Source: Sphyrna mokarran (Eukaryota). From it: a stretch of 64,000 nt of DNA. The position numbers and the translations under genes are program-made. The stretch spans positions 31,558,001 through 31,622,000 of the forward strand of contig JAGIQG010000004.1 of assembly GCA_024679065.1 (NCBI GenBank). The letters are read 5' to 3'. Shown here one piece after another: positions 13,432 to 26,710 of the stretch (within the stretch, counting starts at the first letter, position 1; every line of letters starts with the position of its first letter). A model generated the notes under the pieces. That model worked only from the letters and a program-made list of their open reading frames with translations. It ran no database searches and was not told the origin of the DNA.

Positions 13432-14140
13432 CGTAAAGCATTCTGGGACAATTGGACAAGAAACTAAACTGACAGGGTGCAGTTTAAAGACAGACAAACA
13501 TGATACAACCTTGATGAGTGATTACACAGGATATGGGCCATCTCCAGGATGAAAGAGACTTTCTGGTCACACTGGGTTGTGTGCCAGACACAAAGGCATC
13601 GGGAATCCTTATTTAGGAGGAAGGTATGTGACCTCTGTGCCTCCAACACCTACAGCCATGGCCACTGGGGATACACCCAGGGATCGGGTGTGGTAGCACC
13701 TGATTGGACTCTTATCGATCAAGGTGATCAAGTCCTGATCGATTGATTGGCAATGGCCAAACGGGGTATAAAGGGTGCTGCACAATCAGGAATCTCTCTC
13801 TCTCTCTGATCCTATGAACAAGGTACAACGACAGGTCCACCACACCCAAGAAGAAAAGAAGATCAGAACCACAGTGCCACACCAGACCAGAGGACCAGAC
13901 TACGCAGACAACTATCAAGACCAGCACACAGATAAAGGCCAATATCTGGTGGGCACTTGTCAGTCACACAAAGTTAAGTCAAGGTCTTGAATTGTACTTG
14001 AATTCTAGTATTTCCTATAAGAAAACTTATTGTTAGTCAGGTGAGTGTTACTGATTGTGTAGGTTTAAATAAATATTGTTTGTACTAATAAGATATCTAC
14101 TTGTAATTATTTGTCCACCGTATTGTTGATTTTTGCAACA
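13432..14140 (+). mobile_element. Probable solo LTR
   Basis: Two ATTGG boxes (13703, 13746), TATAAA (13767-13772), AATAAA (14068-14073) and an AACA end; CpGs retained; no TSD resolved. Confidence 0.5.
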
Positions 14141-15565
14141 ATAATTTACTGTCTTTTTTCCAATCAGGTTTGATTTTCTAGTATCCTTTAATTTCAACAG
14201 AATCAATTGCAGAGAATAGGATTAATAAATGTATTAATCATTATGCAGAAAGAACTTAAAGGTGACAATTTTGATCATGGACAATATCATATAACAGCCA
14301 ATATTAGCTAGGCTGCTTGTTGAATACTTTGCCGGGTTTTTATTTCCATGACCTCTGGAGTGGCACTTCATGGATGACCAAATCAATATTTCACGTTTTA
14401 CCTGTTGTTTAAAGACAAAAACACTACCAAACAGATTCCTTTTTTTGGCATCATTCAATGGACACTGCTTATTACCTCGGTCTTTATATATTGACTGAGA
14501 GAAAATTAGAAGTAGACTTACAGTTTATGAAATCGTAAAGCTACTTCGTAGAGTGTCTACAGTACAGGAGAGACCATTTCGCCCATCGCATTTGCACCAA
14601 TCACAATCCCACCCAGGCCCTATCCCCATAATACCTTGTTGATCTCATTTTTAATTTTAGAGTTAATTATATTTTCAATGATCAACTTAGTCCCTGAATT
14701 TGTCAAAAAAGTCTCTCAAAAATGCAAAGCGATGAATCTGTGTTAATGGGTTTAAAATACTCAAAAAACATGTATGTACATTCTACTCAGCTTGTTGGCT
14801 CACATGTTTATTTATATATATGATATACATTGATTTATACTAAAATAACTGTTAAACTATATTATCAATATAGAATCAAACAAATTCATTGAGAAAATTC
14901 AACAGCATATAAATATTCTGAAAAGATGCTCATGAATAAATAAAGGCAATTCTGAATATTTCTTAACAAAAGAAAGTTGATTCCTTTTTGAAAAAGAGTA
15001 CATTGTGCTCTTTTGCTCACATGTTCTGGTCACCTCCACATTCTGATCATCTCCACGAGGCCCCTGGAGATTCATGGATTGATCTCCTGTGGGGCTCATT
15101 GAGTATGAGTTCCCCTGGTAACTGGCTGTAGTCTGCACAGCTGGAACTCATTATCTGAGCCTTTAATAAGGCAGGCCCAGGACTGGGCCTGCTCAACAGT
15201 CATCCCAGGTAGGCAGTAATATGTGTATACCATGGTATGGTTCTACTTTGTGTTCTGTAATAAACTATGTTCATTTCCAGTCAGACATCCTGAGTAATTG
15301 CATATATGTAATTTTTTTACCATGTGCTTTTAGTAATAGCCTGCTGTCAACTTACAACCTCATAATTAAGCAGCTTCAATCCTTTCCCTTCCTGCAGTCA
15401 ATAATGTCCAGATTGAAACACAGGATTTTTCTGCTTGCAGCTTGTTTTGCTGATCAGTTCTAATGGTATTTTATCTGATTAAATAAAACTGTTCGTAAAG
15501 AACAACTGAATATAGTTTGACTAAATTATTTTTGTCTGTCCATCACCCAGTTTGACAAATAGGTC

Positions 15566-16623
15566 TGTGACATTTGCGTCCCTCCTTCAATTGTCCCAAA
15601 AAACATCTTCATCTTAAAATCACAAATCATTATCAGGTACTTGAGAAGTGTAGCTCATTATTTCTGATACAGAATAGAGTACCTGTGACTTTTTAAACCC
15701 ACCTTGTAAGATGCATATTTACAGACTTTTCAGAAATACTGTACATATTTACTAACAAGAAAAAACTGTTCTCCTCAGACTTTGGAATCTTGCTGTCTGT
15801 CGCCCCTCATTTAGGGATTAGTATCCACACCCTCCTGCAGGTTAAGCTTGAATTGGGAGCCTGGCAATCTTAGCCTCTTAACTTTTCTGGGCCAGGTCCT
15901 ACAAATCCTTAGGACAATTTTCCCTTTTTACCCAAAACACTGGTGTCTGTGTTCTCTTTCCATTTTAAAAAAAAAGCTTTATAACAACTCTCTTTTTAAC
16001 TCAAGTGCCAGCTTCTCTTAAACTCAAAATTACAACTCTTTTCTCTGAGAGTTATTTTCTCCATATTTCTAAACTTTTGACTGTGTTGGCCAATCCAGGT
16101 TCATTTTGTATCCATCCTTCAGGGTCTGGTAATATTTTAACATCTCACTCAGTCTATCCACGTAGAGGCAGGCATTCAGGTGAGTATCTTTTTTCTTCAG
16201 ATTTCAATCAAAGCAGAACATTCATAGGTGTCAGGCCACAGGCAGTATTCTCATAATTCATTCCATCCTTGTCACCAGTGCAATGATGCACGCTCACAAG
16301 CTTCCCAGAAACATAAAAACTATTAATTAATTAGGAAAAACTGGATGGAGGCCAGGATTCTCCTGGCTGCCTGGGAGCAGCCTATCGGCTGATCCAATCC
16401 CTACATATCTTCTACGTGTCTTCAGATTGTCTTCTGCCTAAGAGGGAGCACCACCCCCTAGGTTGATTACCTACTCTTGTCCTCATTGATTCCCCAAGTC
16501 TGGTGAGCCTCTTCTACTGTGTTGTCCTTAAAGAGACAATCACCACACACCTCAGGTTGGACAAAGCTTGTGGTGCAGAGCTGTGTTAAATTGCTATTTC
16601 AGACTCCATCAATTACCATGACA
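15566..16623 (-). mobile_element. LTR-like interspersed repeat
   Basis: Minus strand starts TGTCA and ends TGTCACA; collinear similarity to 55580-56540 (GTCTCTTTAAG.ACAA.ACAGTA, GATAC.CACC.GA.TGC, CCAGACCCT). Confidence 0.45.
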
Positions 16624-17169
16624 AACAAAAATACTAAACATTGATCAGTAATGCCATAATTTAGTCCTAGATCTGTACCGAGCTTGCGCAGAAACATGAT
16701 CAACTACATCATTGAAAATTATCAATATATTCCAATGACTGAACCCAGGCTCGCACTGTGTGTTTTCCAATCTGTTCATGGTATGATATGGTTGTTTCAT
16801 TTGGTAGTGTTATTGCAATCACTGCATATTTCTAATTGATGTAGTTCACAGCACTAATAATTCTATCTCCTTGCCTACAGTAAGGCAGATTGAGGATGGG
16901 CTGTGGGTCGAATGTGGCCCTGGCTTAGGGTAGACAAACAAATCAGCAGTAGCATTAATGAAAGCTGGGTAGGACTTTGTATGTGATGTCCTTTGAATGC
17001 TACAGAAGACTATTATATACTCCCATTTTGCAGCACTCCCTATCCCAACCTTCTGTGCAGATTGAAGGAATGTCCCTTTCTTTATGAACAAGATTTTGTC
17101 CAATTCAATGTTGTGTTAGAGGTAGAAGTCTCCAATTATTTTGGAGACTCTTATCTAATCCTCTGATTG

Positions 17170-17390
17170 AAGAAACCAAAAAAGAAAGCACTGGAAAATC
17201 TCAGCAGGTCTGACAGCATCTGTAAGGAGCAAAAAGAGCTGATGTTTTGAGTCCAAATGATTCTTCATCAAAGTGGACTTTGGCACATCCCTTTTCTTCC
17301 TTGCAGATACTGTCAGACCTGCTGAGATTTTCCAGCATTTTCTCTTCTGGTTTCAGATTCCAGCATCCTCAGAAATTAGCTTTTACTCTG
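17170..17390. mobile_element. Penelope-derived inverted-repeat element
   Basis: Arms CTGGAAAATCTCAGCAGGTCTGACAGCATCTG and CAGATACTGTCAGACCTGCTGAGATTTTCCAG; spacer carries a decayed hammerhead-like core on the minus strand. Confidence 0.65.
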
Positions 17391-17734
17391 AAGTAAGACT
17401 ATTGAATTCCCATTATTTGGTCAATTGCAATATTGGTATAGGCCATGTTATAACTGTTGTCTCTTTCTGGATGAAGAAACTTTGCTAGCATCGTAAGTCA
17501 TGACTTCAAAGAATAGCTCTGATTATCAATTAATATTTGACTCCAATTTTGAAGGAGTGGTATGGTAATTTGCTATATAATGCTTGCATGATTACAGCTT
17601 CAAGCGTATTGGACACTCACCTGCTGTATCAGGCAATTGGCATCACACACTAACTATCTACAATTATAAAATTGATGCAATCTCATATGAAGCTTTGAGT
17701 GCTGCATGTGTTCACTCAACTGCACTTTTATCTG

Positions 17735-18045
17735 AGGCAGTCAGTGGTTAGCACTGTGGTTTCACAGAGACCTAGGTTTGATTCTCAGCTCCAGTCACTA
17801 TCTGTATGGAATTTGTGCGTTCTCCTCATGTCTGCGTGGATTTCCTCCGCGTGCTCCAGTTTCCTCCCACAGTCCAAAAATGTGCAAGTTAAGTCGATTG
17901 GCCTGGCTAAATTGCCCCGTTGTGTTCTGAAATGCGTAGGTTAGAGGATTGGGGGAAAATATGTAGGGATGTGGAGGGAGGGCCTGGGTGGGATTGTGGT
18001 CGAGGGCAAAATGGCCTCTTTCTGCAGTATAGAATGTCTATGATC
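17735..18045 (+). mobile_element. V-SINE type A
   Basis: Head, V-domain and CR1-like tail. Confidence 0.85.
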
Positions 18046-18600
18046 TTAGCCGGGGCCTTTTGCAGAATTGGGTAGCTCTCTCTTGAATTGGGAGGATATT
18101 AATTATCTAGATCTTCTGACTAGAGCATCAGTTACTTTCTTGATAAATTATCGACCTGCTGATTGGCTTATGCAGCATTTGCTGCTTAGTAGGATCCAGT
18201 TGAAAAGAAATTTGCAGCATGCAGGTCTTCATTTAGCAGTTGACATACCTTCACAATCACGTCAGGCAGGCTGAGGGATGGTGGGGAAAAAGTCATTAAC
18301 AGCCATTTGAGATTGAAATATTCAAAGATTTCTGACGGTGTGGTATATCGGTGTACTCACGCTGTGATGATGCTTTATATTAAGAGTCTACAATCTTGCC
18401 TCTTCCAATACCTCATTATGTCCTCATCATAACATTGAAATAGAAGGATTCCTACTGGAAACTCAATTTTCATTGTGAAAAACTCCACCTTTTGCTAATG
18501 AAATAGAGCAGTAAAGATTTTGACAGATTCTACAGAAGACCAAATTAATGTGGAGTTAATCTTCAACAAGGAAGATGCCTTCTTCAGAGTTATATTAATC

Positions 18601-18877
18601 AAGGTGGCACAGTGGTTAGTAGGGGCCCGAGTTTGAATCCCGGCTTGGATCACTGTGCAGAATCTGCACCTTCTCCCCATGTCTGCATCAGTTTTCCCCT
18701 GGGTGCTCCGTTGTCCTCCCACAGTCCAAAAAAAGTGCTGGTTAGGTGCATTGCCCTTGCTAAATTCTCCCCTAGTGTACCCAAATAGGTGCTGGAGTGC
18801 AGCAGCTAGGGGATTTTCACAGTAACTTAATTGCAGTGTCAATGAAAGCCTACTTGTGACTAATAAATAAACTTTAA
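18601..18877 (+). mobile_element. V-SINE type B
   Basis: V-domain plus tail TTTTCACAGTA...TACTTGTGACTAATAAATAAAC. Confidence 0.85.
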
Positions 18878-19759
18878 CTGTAAGCTCCATATTGTCACTT
18901 ATACAGTAATTTGGACAGAGTTTAGAATAAAGATTGGGAGAAATGGAAGCGGAAAATGTGAGTCACATCCATTTAACTCTATTTAACTTTAACATATGGC
19001 TTAACAGTGAGTGTTAAAGGGGCTTGTCAGATTTTCCAGGCATCCTTTTGTAATTGGTTTCAGGAAGTGGCCATTACAATTTCATTTTACCTAATTTTGT
19101 GCTTCAAAATGGGCAATAATATAGTATATTAGGAGGTAAAGCAGATGTGTCCATTTAATAATCCTTGTCAGCTTTCCTTTACAGAGGAATCTCTGTCAAG
19201 TCATGCAGCTGTTAATGCTATTTGGGATAATGTGACTGAAATTTCCTTAAACTGACAGAATTAAATTACAGTCTGCTCAATTCTGAACACAACATATTTA
19301 AAGCAGTCATATCAATTTATTGTTATTAAAGGACAAAGACTGATCAAAATTTAACTTGTGACTTTATAAATCTCAATATTTGGGGCAATCTGCATTTTGA
19401 TGAGGAATCAGCTCAAAATTCAATTGACCAAGATTTGTTTCTAAAGTTATGAATTAAAATACAAATGGAACAAGAACAGCTCAACATTGTGTCTGCTTTG
19501 TAAAAGTAACCTCCCGTGACAATGTATTTCTTACTTTTATAAATTATGAAACTCTCCAGAATCAAATAAAATGAAATATGCAAAGTTGCCATCACATCAC
19601 TGGCTTCCACCAACTTCTTTTCACACCACTTCCTACAAAATCTTCATGCAATTCACCAGATTGTAGATCCTCATAAATATTTTATTTTGCTTTAGTGGAC
19701 TGCCAGCAATGTCTTCCCGATTTCCCTCCTTTATTTTATACTTAAAGTTACAAAATTGT

Positions 19760-20290
19760 TACTGAAGGAGGCCATTTGGTCCATGTCTGTACCAGCTCTC
19801 CAAATGAGCATTGTTACTTAGTGGTATTCTCCAGTCTTTTTGCACATTGTTTCTATTCAGACAATCTCCTAAATAGCCTCTTGAATGCCTCAATGGAACC
19901 TGTCCAGTGCATTCCGGACTCAAATCACTCACTAGATGAAAAAGATTTTTCTCACATCATATTTGCTCCTTTTGCAAATCGCTTTAAAATGGTTTTCTCT
20001 CATTCTCAATCCTCTTATGAGCAGAAACACTTTCTCCCTCATGATTTTGACCACCTCTAACAAATCTCTGCTTAGCTATCTCGTCTACAAGGAAAGCAAT
20101 TCCAATCTCTCTAACCTATCCTCATAACTGAAGTTTTTCATCCCTGGAACCATTCTTGTAAACCTCTTCAGCACTCTCTCCAATGCGTTCACACCCTTTG
20201 TATAGTATGGAGCCCAGAACTGTGCACAATACTCCAGACAGGTCTAACTAGTGTCTGGTGTAAGTTCAGCATAACCTCCTTGCTCTTGTG
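19760..20290 (-). mobile_element. CR1 LINE 3' fragment
   Basis: The minus strand encodes decayed RP.LEYCAQFWAP..LERVL..F..M...SYEDRLE.L. Confidence 0.75.
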
Positions 20291-20294
20291 CTCC

Positions 20295-20640
20295 ATGCTG
20301 TGGGTTCAAGCCCCACTCTGAAGAATTGAACACAAAATGTTGGCTGATACCCTGATACAATGCTGAAGATGTTTCAAGATGGCACCACAGTGAGGTGACT
20401 TCTTGCAAGTTGTGCCCAGCATATCTTCTATTTCTATCATTTAATCTTGTTCTATGCTTCAAAAACTTCTAACTCTTTTGCATCCTGCACTCTCTCTTTT
20501 CCTTCTCTATGACTGGTATGCTTTGTATCGTGTGCAAGAAACAATACTTTTCACTGTATACCAATACAAGTGACAATAATAAATCAAATCAAATCAAAGG
20601 GAGTACTTGACTGACAGAACTTCAATTATTCAGATGAGAT
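20295..20640 (+). mobile_element. Deu-type SINE 5' part, split by an insertion
   Basis: GTGGGTTCAAGCCCCACTC (B-box-like)..AATGCTGA [insert] GGGAGTAC..TTCAGATGAGA. Confidence 0.45.
20370..20598 (+). mobile_element. Rex1-like mini-element (putative 5' end fused to 3' end)
   Basis: Starts with YY1-like CAAGATGGC and ends TTTTCACTGTA..TACAAGTGACAATAATAAATCAAATCAAATC, matching the 3' end of the Rex1 copy at 37668-38355. Confidence 0.6.
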
Positions 20641-21329
20641 TGAGGGAGAACAATACCCATACTAATAACTATGGAGGAAAATGGCGGCCATATCAATAAC
20701 TGTCCAGTGAAAAAGTTAATAGAGACAAGTCACAAAGGCTACAAAATGTTTAACTGCAGCTAGTTCTAGACATCTGACCTTCAGTTAAGAAAGGGAGAAA
20801 GTTGTTATGCTAGGAAAAGCCTTTAAACCAGGCAGTTGAAAAAGGGAGTTGATTCCTGTTCTAACATTCAGACACAGCTAGGACGCTTAAAGATAGTTGA
20901 AAGCAATATTCCATTGATGCAATTAAAAACCGCATACCGATCGGAAATTATAATTCAGCAAGTGATTGTGATTGGTTTTAAAAACTGTACTTTATAGATG
21001 ATGTAACCTTAATCAATGTGTGAATAGAGATAACGCCCAAACTTTTGTTGGTATATGCTAATTACTTGTAATCAAATTTGAACTGTAATTTGAACTGTAA
21101 ACAGATTTTTTCACTCTGAATGGTATGAATAACTTAATTCAGGGTTCTAGAACTATAGCCTTTAATAAATTCATCTTAAAACCATTCCGTGACTTGAGGG
21201 GAATGATAGTTTTCAATGCACTAAGAAAACCATCCTGACAGCTCTGTAACAGAGATTTGAAACAAAGCACTGCATGCTGTCTCAAGTGGATGCAATGGTT
21301 CCCAGGACACTCTAACAAAAGTAGACAAA

Positions 21330-21550
21330 TCCTCCAGTGGCCTGTGCAACATTTATCCCCTACCCAATATCATTAAAGCAGATTATCTGGAGCAGATCAA
21401 ATTGCTGTTAGTGCAACCTTGCTCTATACAACTTGGCTGCTATGTTTTCTATCATAGAATAATGATTATGCTTTAAAAACACTCGATTGGCTGCAAAAGC
21501 TTTGAGATATCCTGAAGTTGTGATGAGTGTAACATCAATGCATCTCTTTA
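21330..21550 (+). mobile_element. Deu-domain SINE body and tail
   Basis: ACATTTATCCCC..CAGATTATCTGG..TTGGCTGC..ATTGGCTGCAAAAGCTTTG. Confidence 0.6.
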
Positions 21551-23490
21551 AGTATTGTATATATTAACACATCTCATCAACGATATTCATTAATTTATAA
21601 GTTAGAGCATTCCCACTTAAGGATTCTTAATCAGCAAATGTTCTATGAAAGATTGTACAACTAAAGTATATTCTGTTGTCCATGGGAAGGAATTGGAATT
21701 GCCCAGTTAAAGCTCCAAACTGAATTCCTGCACAAACGGCAGCATATTATTGAGACCACTTGGCAGATGGCTGTTTTGGTAAGTGAACTGCTTCAATTTT
21801 CCATTTTTAAAAATAGTATTGAGGTGCCCTTTAAAAGAGACCTATATTTATCACCTTTCCCATGCAGAATTAAATCAGGCATAATGTTTATAGGATAGAT
21901 ACCATGTTGAGCTCTGTGCAGCCTATCATTGTGATGAATGTGTCAATGCAAAAATGTCACAGACTTGGTGCATATATGCAGCCGTGTACTAACAACAAGA
22001 TGGCATTCCTCTGTGTATTTTGATGTATTGCTGAAAATATTTAAACTTGTCTGAAAGATTAATGGTGGCAAAACATATTTTAATCACAATAACTTTCTGA
22101 GGAGCTCTCCAGGCCGGCAGGATAACAGATTGAGACTCAGTAAATTTGGTACCCAGGTTCAATGATGAAAAATTCTCTTCACTTACTATGCATAATTTGT
22201 CATTTAGCTTTACTTCAGAAGGGAACATTTCCATTTCATCTTTAGAAGAGCTTGTTTTCATACAAGGTGAACAGCTACATCAAAACCAGTTGCAGAGAAA
22301 ATGAATTGCTGTTGCTTTTATAGAATGAATAACCTGTGTAAATATACACACAGAAAATACAAAAAAAAGATGCATTTGCATTGCAATGTGCACTTGTTTC
22401 ATTTCAATAATTACTTGCAAACCAAACAGCAGCTGGGGAAGAAAAGTTACCGCCCCCACACACAACACAAATTATGGCACCATGATTTTTATCTCAGTGT
22501 GTTGATTACTTCAAATAAAACTGAGCAAATTTGCCCTAGCCTAGGTCAATTCAAATTACAGAAACACTTTTGGATATATTATTGTTATTACTATTGCTAC
22601 AAAAATGCAATTCAGACCTCAGTGATCACTTTGAATTATTTATCAAGAGAGATGCTAAGTAATATGTGTGCATTCCCTTTCTGTTTACAAATTTTTTTTT
22701 CTCTTTAATCACTAGTGATTCTTTAGTATTTCATACAGTCAGTCGGCCAGCACACTCTCTCATAACACAGGAGCATTGCAAAATGTACTATCTGAATTGC
22801 CTTTGGTAGATATATAGGCAAAGTCTATTACAATAAAAAGGATCACTGGTGAATGCCTGAAATACTACGAGATTTATCGTCACTTTAAAGGATAGTAGTA
22901 ATCACCATAGAAACCAATAATGGAAATGCAGCAAATCCAATCACTATCAGAGGAGGTTGAGGCTATATGTTTTTGTTAACATAAAGTATTTCAATCACCT
23001 TATAACAACCAAAAATCCTTTAATAGCTTTTTTTTTATAATTAAAATAGCTATCAACATATTAAAGGCATGGCTGATTTTAGAGTACAAACAGTGGCAGT
23101 AACTTACATTTCTATGGTTCTCATTTGCAGAAAGTTATCTCTGAGTGTTTTATATAAGGAGGATAAAGCAGCAAAGGCTAAGCAGGAATAGTAAACTAAA
23201 ATTAGAGGGAATTGCAGTGAGAGGCAAAAGCATAGAATGATAACATTGATAGTACACAAGGAGATTTGTTTAGCTTCTCATATTTTTGCTCGTACTCTGA
23301 AAGTTATCTGCTTAGCCCCATTCTTCTACTTTTTCCATATCCTTTTTTGATTTTTTTCAAAAACCAATAGCAATTATGCTCTTACTACTATTTATGCATT
23401 TCCTGTTCCAACAACTCCCTGCACGATAAGTAAATTCTCCTCCGATTACTTTGGTGACAACTTTAAATTTATTAACTTCCAATCACTAGA

Positions 23491-23775
23491 GTGGCATGAT
23501 GGCACAGTGCCTCATGGTGCCAGAGTCCTGGGTTCCTGCCTTGGGTCACTGAGGGTGCAGAGTCTTCTCGTTCTCCCTGTGTCTGCATGGGTTTTCCCTG
23601 CATGCTCTGGTTTCCTTCCACAGTCTGAAAGATGTGCTGGTTAGGTGTATTGGCCATGCTCAATTTTCTCTCAGTGTATTCGAACAGGTGCTGGAGTGTG
23701 GTGACTAGGAGATTTTCACAATAATTTATTCGTAGTATTAATGTAAACCTACTTGTGACACTAATAAATAAACTT
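23491..23775 (+). mobile_element. V-SINE type B
   Basis: V-domain plus tail TACTTGTGACACTAATAAATAAAC. Confidence 0.85.
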
Positions 23776-25319
23776 AAGCAATTTCCCAAGCTGGCTTCCC
23801 CAGTCAAAACCCAATATAATTTTTAATTCCTGTCAAGTCTTCTCTTTTTTTTTTTGTCCAATTAAAAAATGCCAGTTTCTCTAATTTCTCCTCAATTAAA
23901 ATCTCTCATAACTGATAACATTTTACAAAGTCTCCTCCTCAAACTATTTATGACCTTGATACCTTTTCAGCAGTAAAGCATCCAAAACTGGAAATGATAT
24001 TCTATTTGCAGCTGAACAAATTATTTTCATGGCTTGTCTACATTTTTTGTATCATTGAAGTTTAGAAAGAGGCCATTCAGCCCATCGTAACTACACTGAC
24101 CATAAAAGAGAAAAAAAAACTAGCCATTCATTTTAATCCCATTTTTGAGCACCTGGTCCATAGCCTCACAGGAGTTCCAGCTTCAGATGCAGATTTACAT
24201 ACCTTTTGAATGAGTGTTTCAGCTTCAACCACCACTTTAGGCAGTGAATTCCAGATGCCCACTGTTCTCTGGATTAATAAGTTCTACATGCCCCTTTATC
24301 CTTTCTACAAATCAACCTAAGTTTATGCCCTTGGCAATTGTCTCTCAGCTTTATTTGCCTTCCTGAAATGCATTGACTCTTTCCTTTCTAAGTTGAATTC
24401 CATTTGCCGCTATTCCACCCATTCAACCAGACCATTTACATCATTCTGGAGAGGATAGCTACTCTCTTCATTATCCATTAATGGCCAATTTTTGTGTCAT
24501 CTGTAAATTTCCCAATCATATCTTCCACATGTAAGTCTAAATCATTAATACATACAATGAACAGCCAGGGTTCCAATACTGAGCCCTGTGGAATGCCACT
24601 GGAAATGATTTTCCATTTGTAAAAACTTCCATCAATCACTACCCTTTATTTGCCATCATTGATCTACATTTGGATCCAACCTCCCACCCTCCCTTGTATC
24701 CCAGGGGATCTTACTTTTCTGACCAGTCTGTCACGTGGGACCTTGTCAAATCCCCTACTGAAATATATATAGATAAAATTCACCTTGCTACTTCCATCAA
24801 CTCTCATTATTTCCTCAAAAAACTCCATTAATTTAGTAATACACGATCTTCCTCCAACAAAACCATGCTGACTATCCCTGATCAATCTGTCACATTTAAT
24901 CTTATATGGCAGAATTGTTTTCAACAATTTGCCCATCACTAAAGTCATACTGACTGCCCTATATATTCAGGTCTATCCCTTTTAAATTATAGTACAATGC
25001 TTGCAGACCTACAATCCACCTGATATTTGCTTGCTGGCTTCCTTCGACAACCTGGGATACAATTCATCTGGCCCTAATGATATCCACCTTCAAGGAAGTA
25101 CTGCCTCTTTCTTGCTTATTGTATCTAATATTTCATACTCTTTTTTGACTAAATGTCTGCATCCCTTTCCTTAATCTAGGCAGAGGTAATGTGTTCATCG
25201 AGAATCCTATCCACATCTTCTGAATCAATTATGTTGTCATGAACATCTCCAATAGGCTCTTGGGATTTTCTTCAATTTTACCTGCCAATATTTCTTTGTA
25301 TCCTCATTTGATTCATCTG

Positions 25320-25505
25320 GAGTAATTTAGCATTGCCAATCTACATAACCAGCGCAACTTTGGACTGTGGGAGGAAGCCGGAGCCCCTGGAAGAAGCCCA
25401 GAGAGACACAGAGAGAATGTACAAACTCCACACAGACAATCGCCCAAAAATAGAATCAAACTAGGGCCCCTGGCACCGGGAAGCAGCAGTGCTAAACATG
25501 CTGCA
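25320..25505 (-). mobile_element. V-SINE fragment nested in CR1
   Basis: Reverse-complement head and V-domain. Confidence 0.75.
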
Positions 25506-26124
25506 TGTCATATTTGCTTTTCTCTTCCACTATTTGGAAGTCTATAGTACAATTGCAGCAGTGTTGCTGCCACTTTGTTATTTCTGAGATAAACTTATAT
25601 TGCCTCGTTTGATGCTTTGTTTAGTATATCATCCCTCCTTACAGCTGTAATTGATTATTTAACCAATAATGCTCCACTCTCACCTTTTTTATCCCCCTCC
25701 CTATCCTGCCTGAAAACTCTATATCCAGTAACATTTAGTTGCCATTTGTTCCCTTCCTTAAGCTAAGTTTTCATTATAGTGACGATATCATGCTGACGTG
25801 TGTCTATCTGTGCCCCCAGTTCATTGACTTTATTTAGTATGCTCCTTGCATTTACATATATACTTTTTAAACACTGCCAATTTCCTGTGCTGTGTACTTT
25901 TTAACCTGTGCTGCTTCCGATTCTGAATTGCTCATTAATTCTCCACTTCTCATTCTCTGCTCTGAATTTGCCCTCGGGTTCCTATCCCTCTGCCCATCTA
26001 ATTTAAGCTCCTCCCTACAGCATCAGCAAATCTCTCTGCGAGGATGTTTGCTCCAGTCTTGTCTAGGTATAGGACATTTGCCTTGTGCATGCCCCACTTT
26101 CCCCAGAGCTGGTGGATTCAGTCA

Positions 26125-26370
26125 GTAGATATAAAGTGGAGCTGAGTCAAACAGCTCAGGGGCATCCCAGATTTGATCTCAAGCCTCAACTGATCTCAGC
26201 CAGTGCACCTGTCCAGCTGTCACAATTGGCCTCATACTTTTCCACTAGGAAGGGGGAAAAATCAGCAAGTGTCAATATTGAGCACCCGATTTACCAGATA
26301 AAGCAATTCTGGATATTAGCTGCAGAATGGATTGGATTCAGCTGTAATGAGCCCACATTGAATAACATAG
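26125..26370 (+). mobile_element. Old tRNA-derived SINE fragment (family uncertain)
   Basis: CTGATCTCAGCC..ACAATTGGCCTCA..GGGGAAAAATCAGC resembles ancient vertebrate SINE bodies; recall only. Confidence 0.35.
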
Positions 26371-26499
26371 ATGGTTCAAAGACGGTTTCAAAGACTGTTT
26401 CTTCACATCTCTCAAATTCAACACAGTTCTTATCTCTGACTATTCTGCCTTCATTTCTTTATTTAGCAACAATAATTAATAATTGATGCTCATCTGTTG

Positions 26500-26710
26500 A
26501 TTGACTGCAAGTAGTTTCAGAGATTTGGTAACTACGTAGAGTATGACTTCTGACTGATCAGCTTCCCTGAAAAGAATGTCCTGCGGCTGTTCCATGACAT
26601 CCTTGACTCTGGCACCTGGGAGACAACATACTATCCTGGAGTCATATCTACAGCCACAAAAAATCAGCTCTGTGCCCCTAATGAATGAATCCCCAGTCAC
26701 TATCAGTCCT
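26500..26710 (-). pseudogene. CR1 ORF1 SGNH/GDSL esterase domain remnant
   Basis: GDSFIRGTELIFCG..DSRIVCCLPGARVKDV..QDIL..EVILYV is the typical CR1 ORF1 esterase block. Confidence 0.8.

Noticed and set aside
15171-15192. Perfect 10-bp inverted repeat GCAGGCCCAG-GA-CTGGGCCTGC
   Set aside because: A single hairpin of this size is near chance expectation in 64 kb, and there is no supporting context.
21989-22708. ORFs of 90 and 135 aa in unique DNA
   Set aside because: No recognisable domain or convincing splice boundaries; AT-rich chance ORFs.
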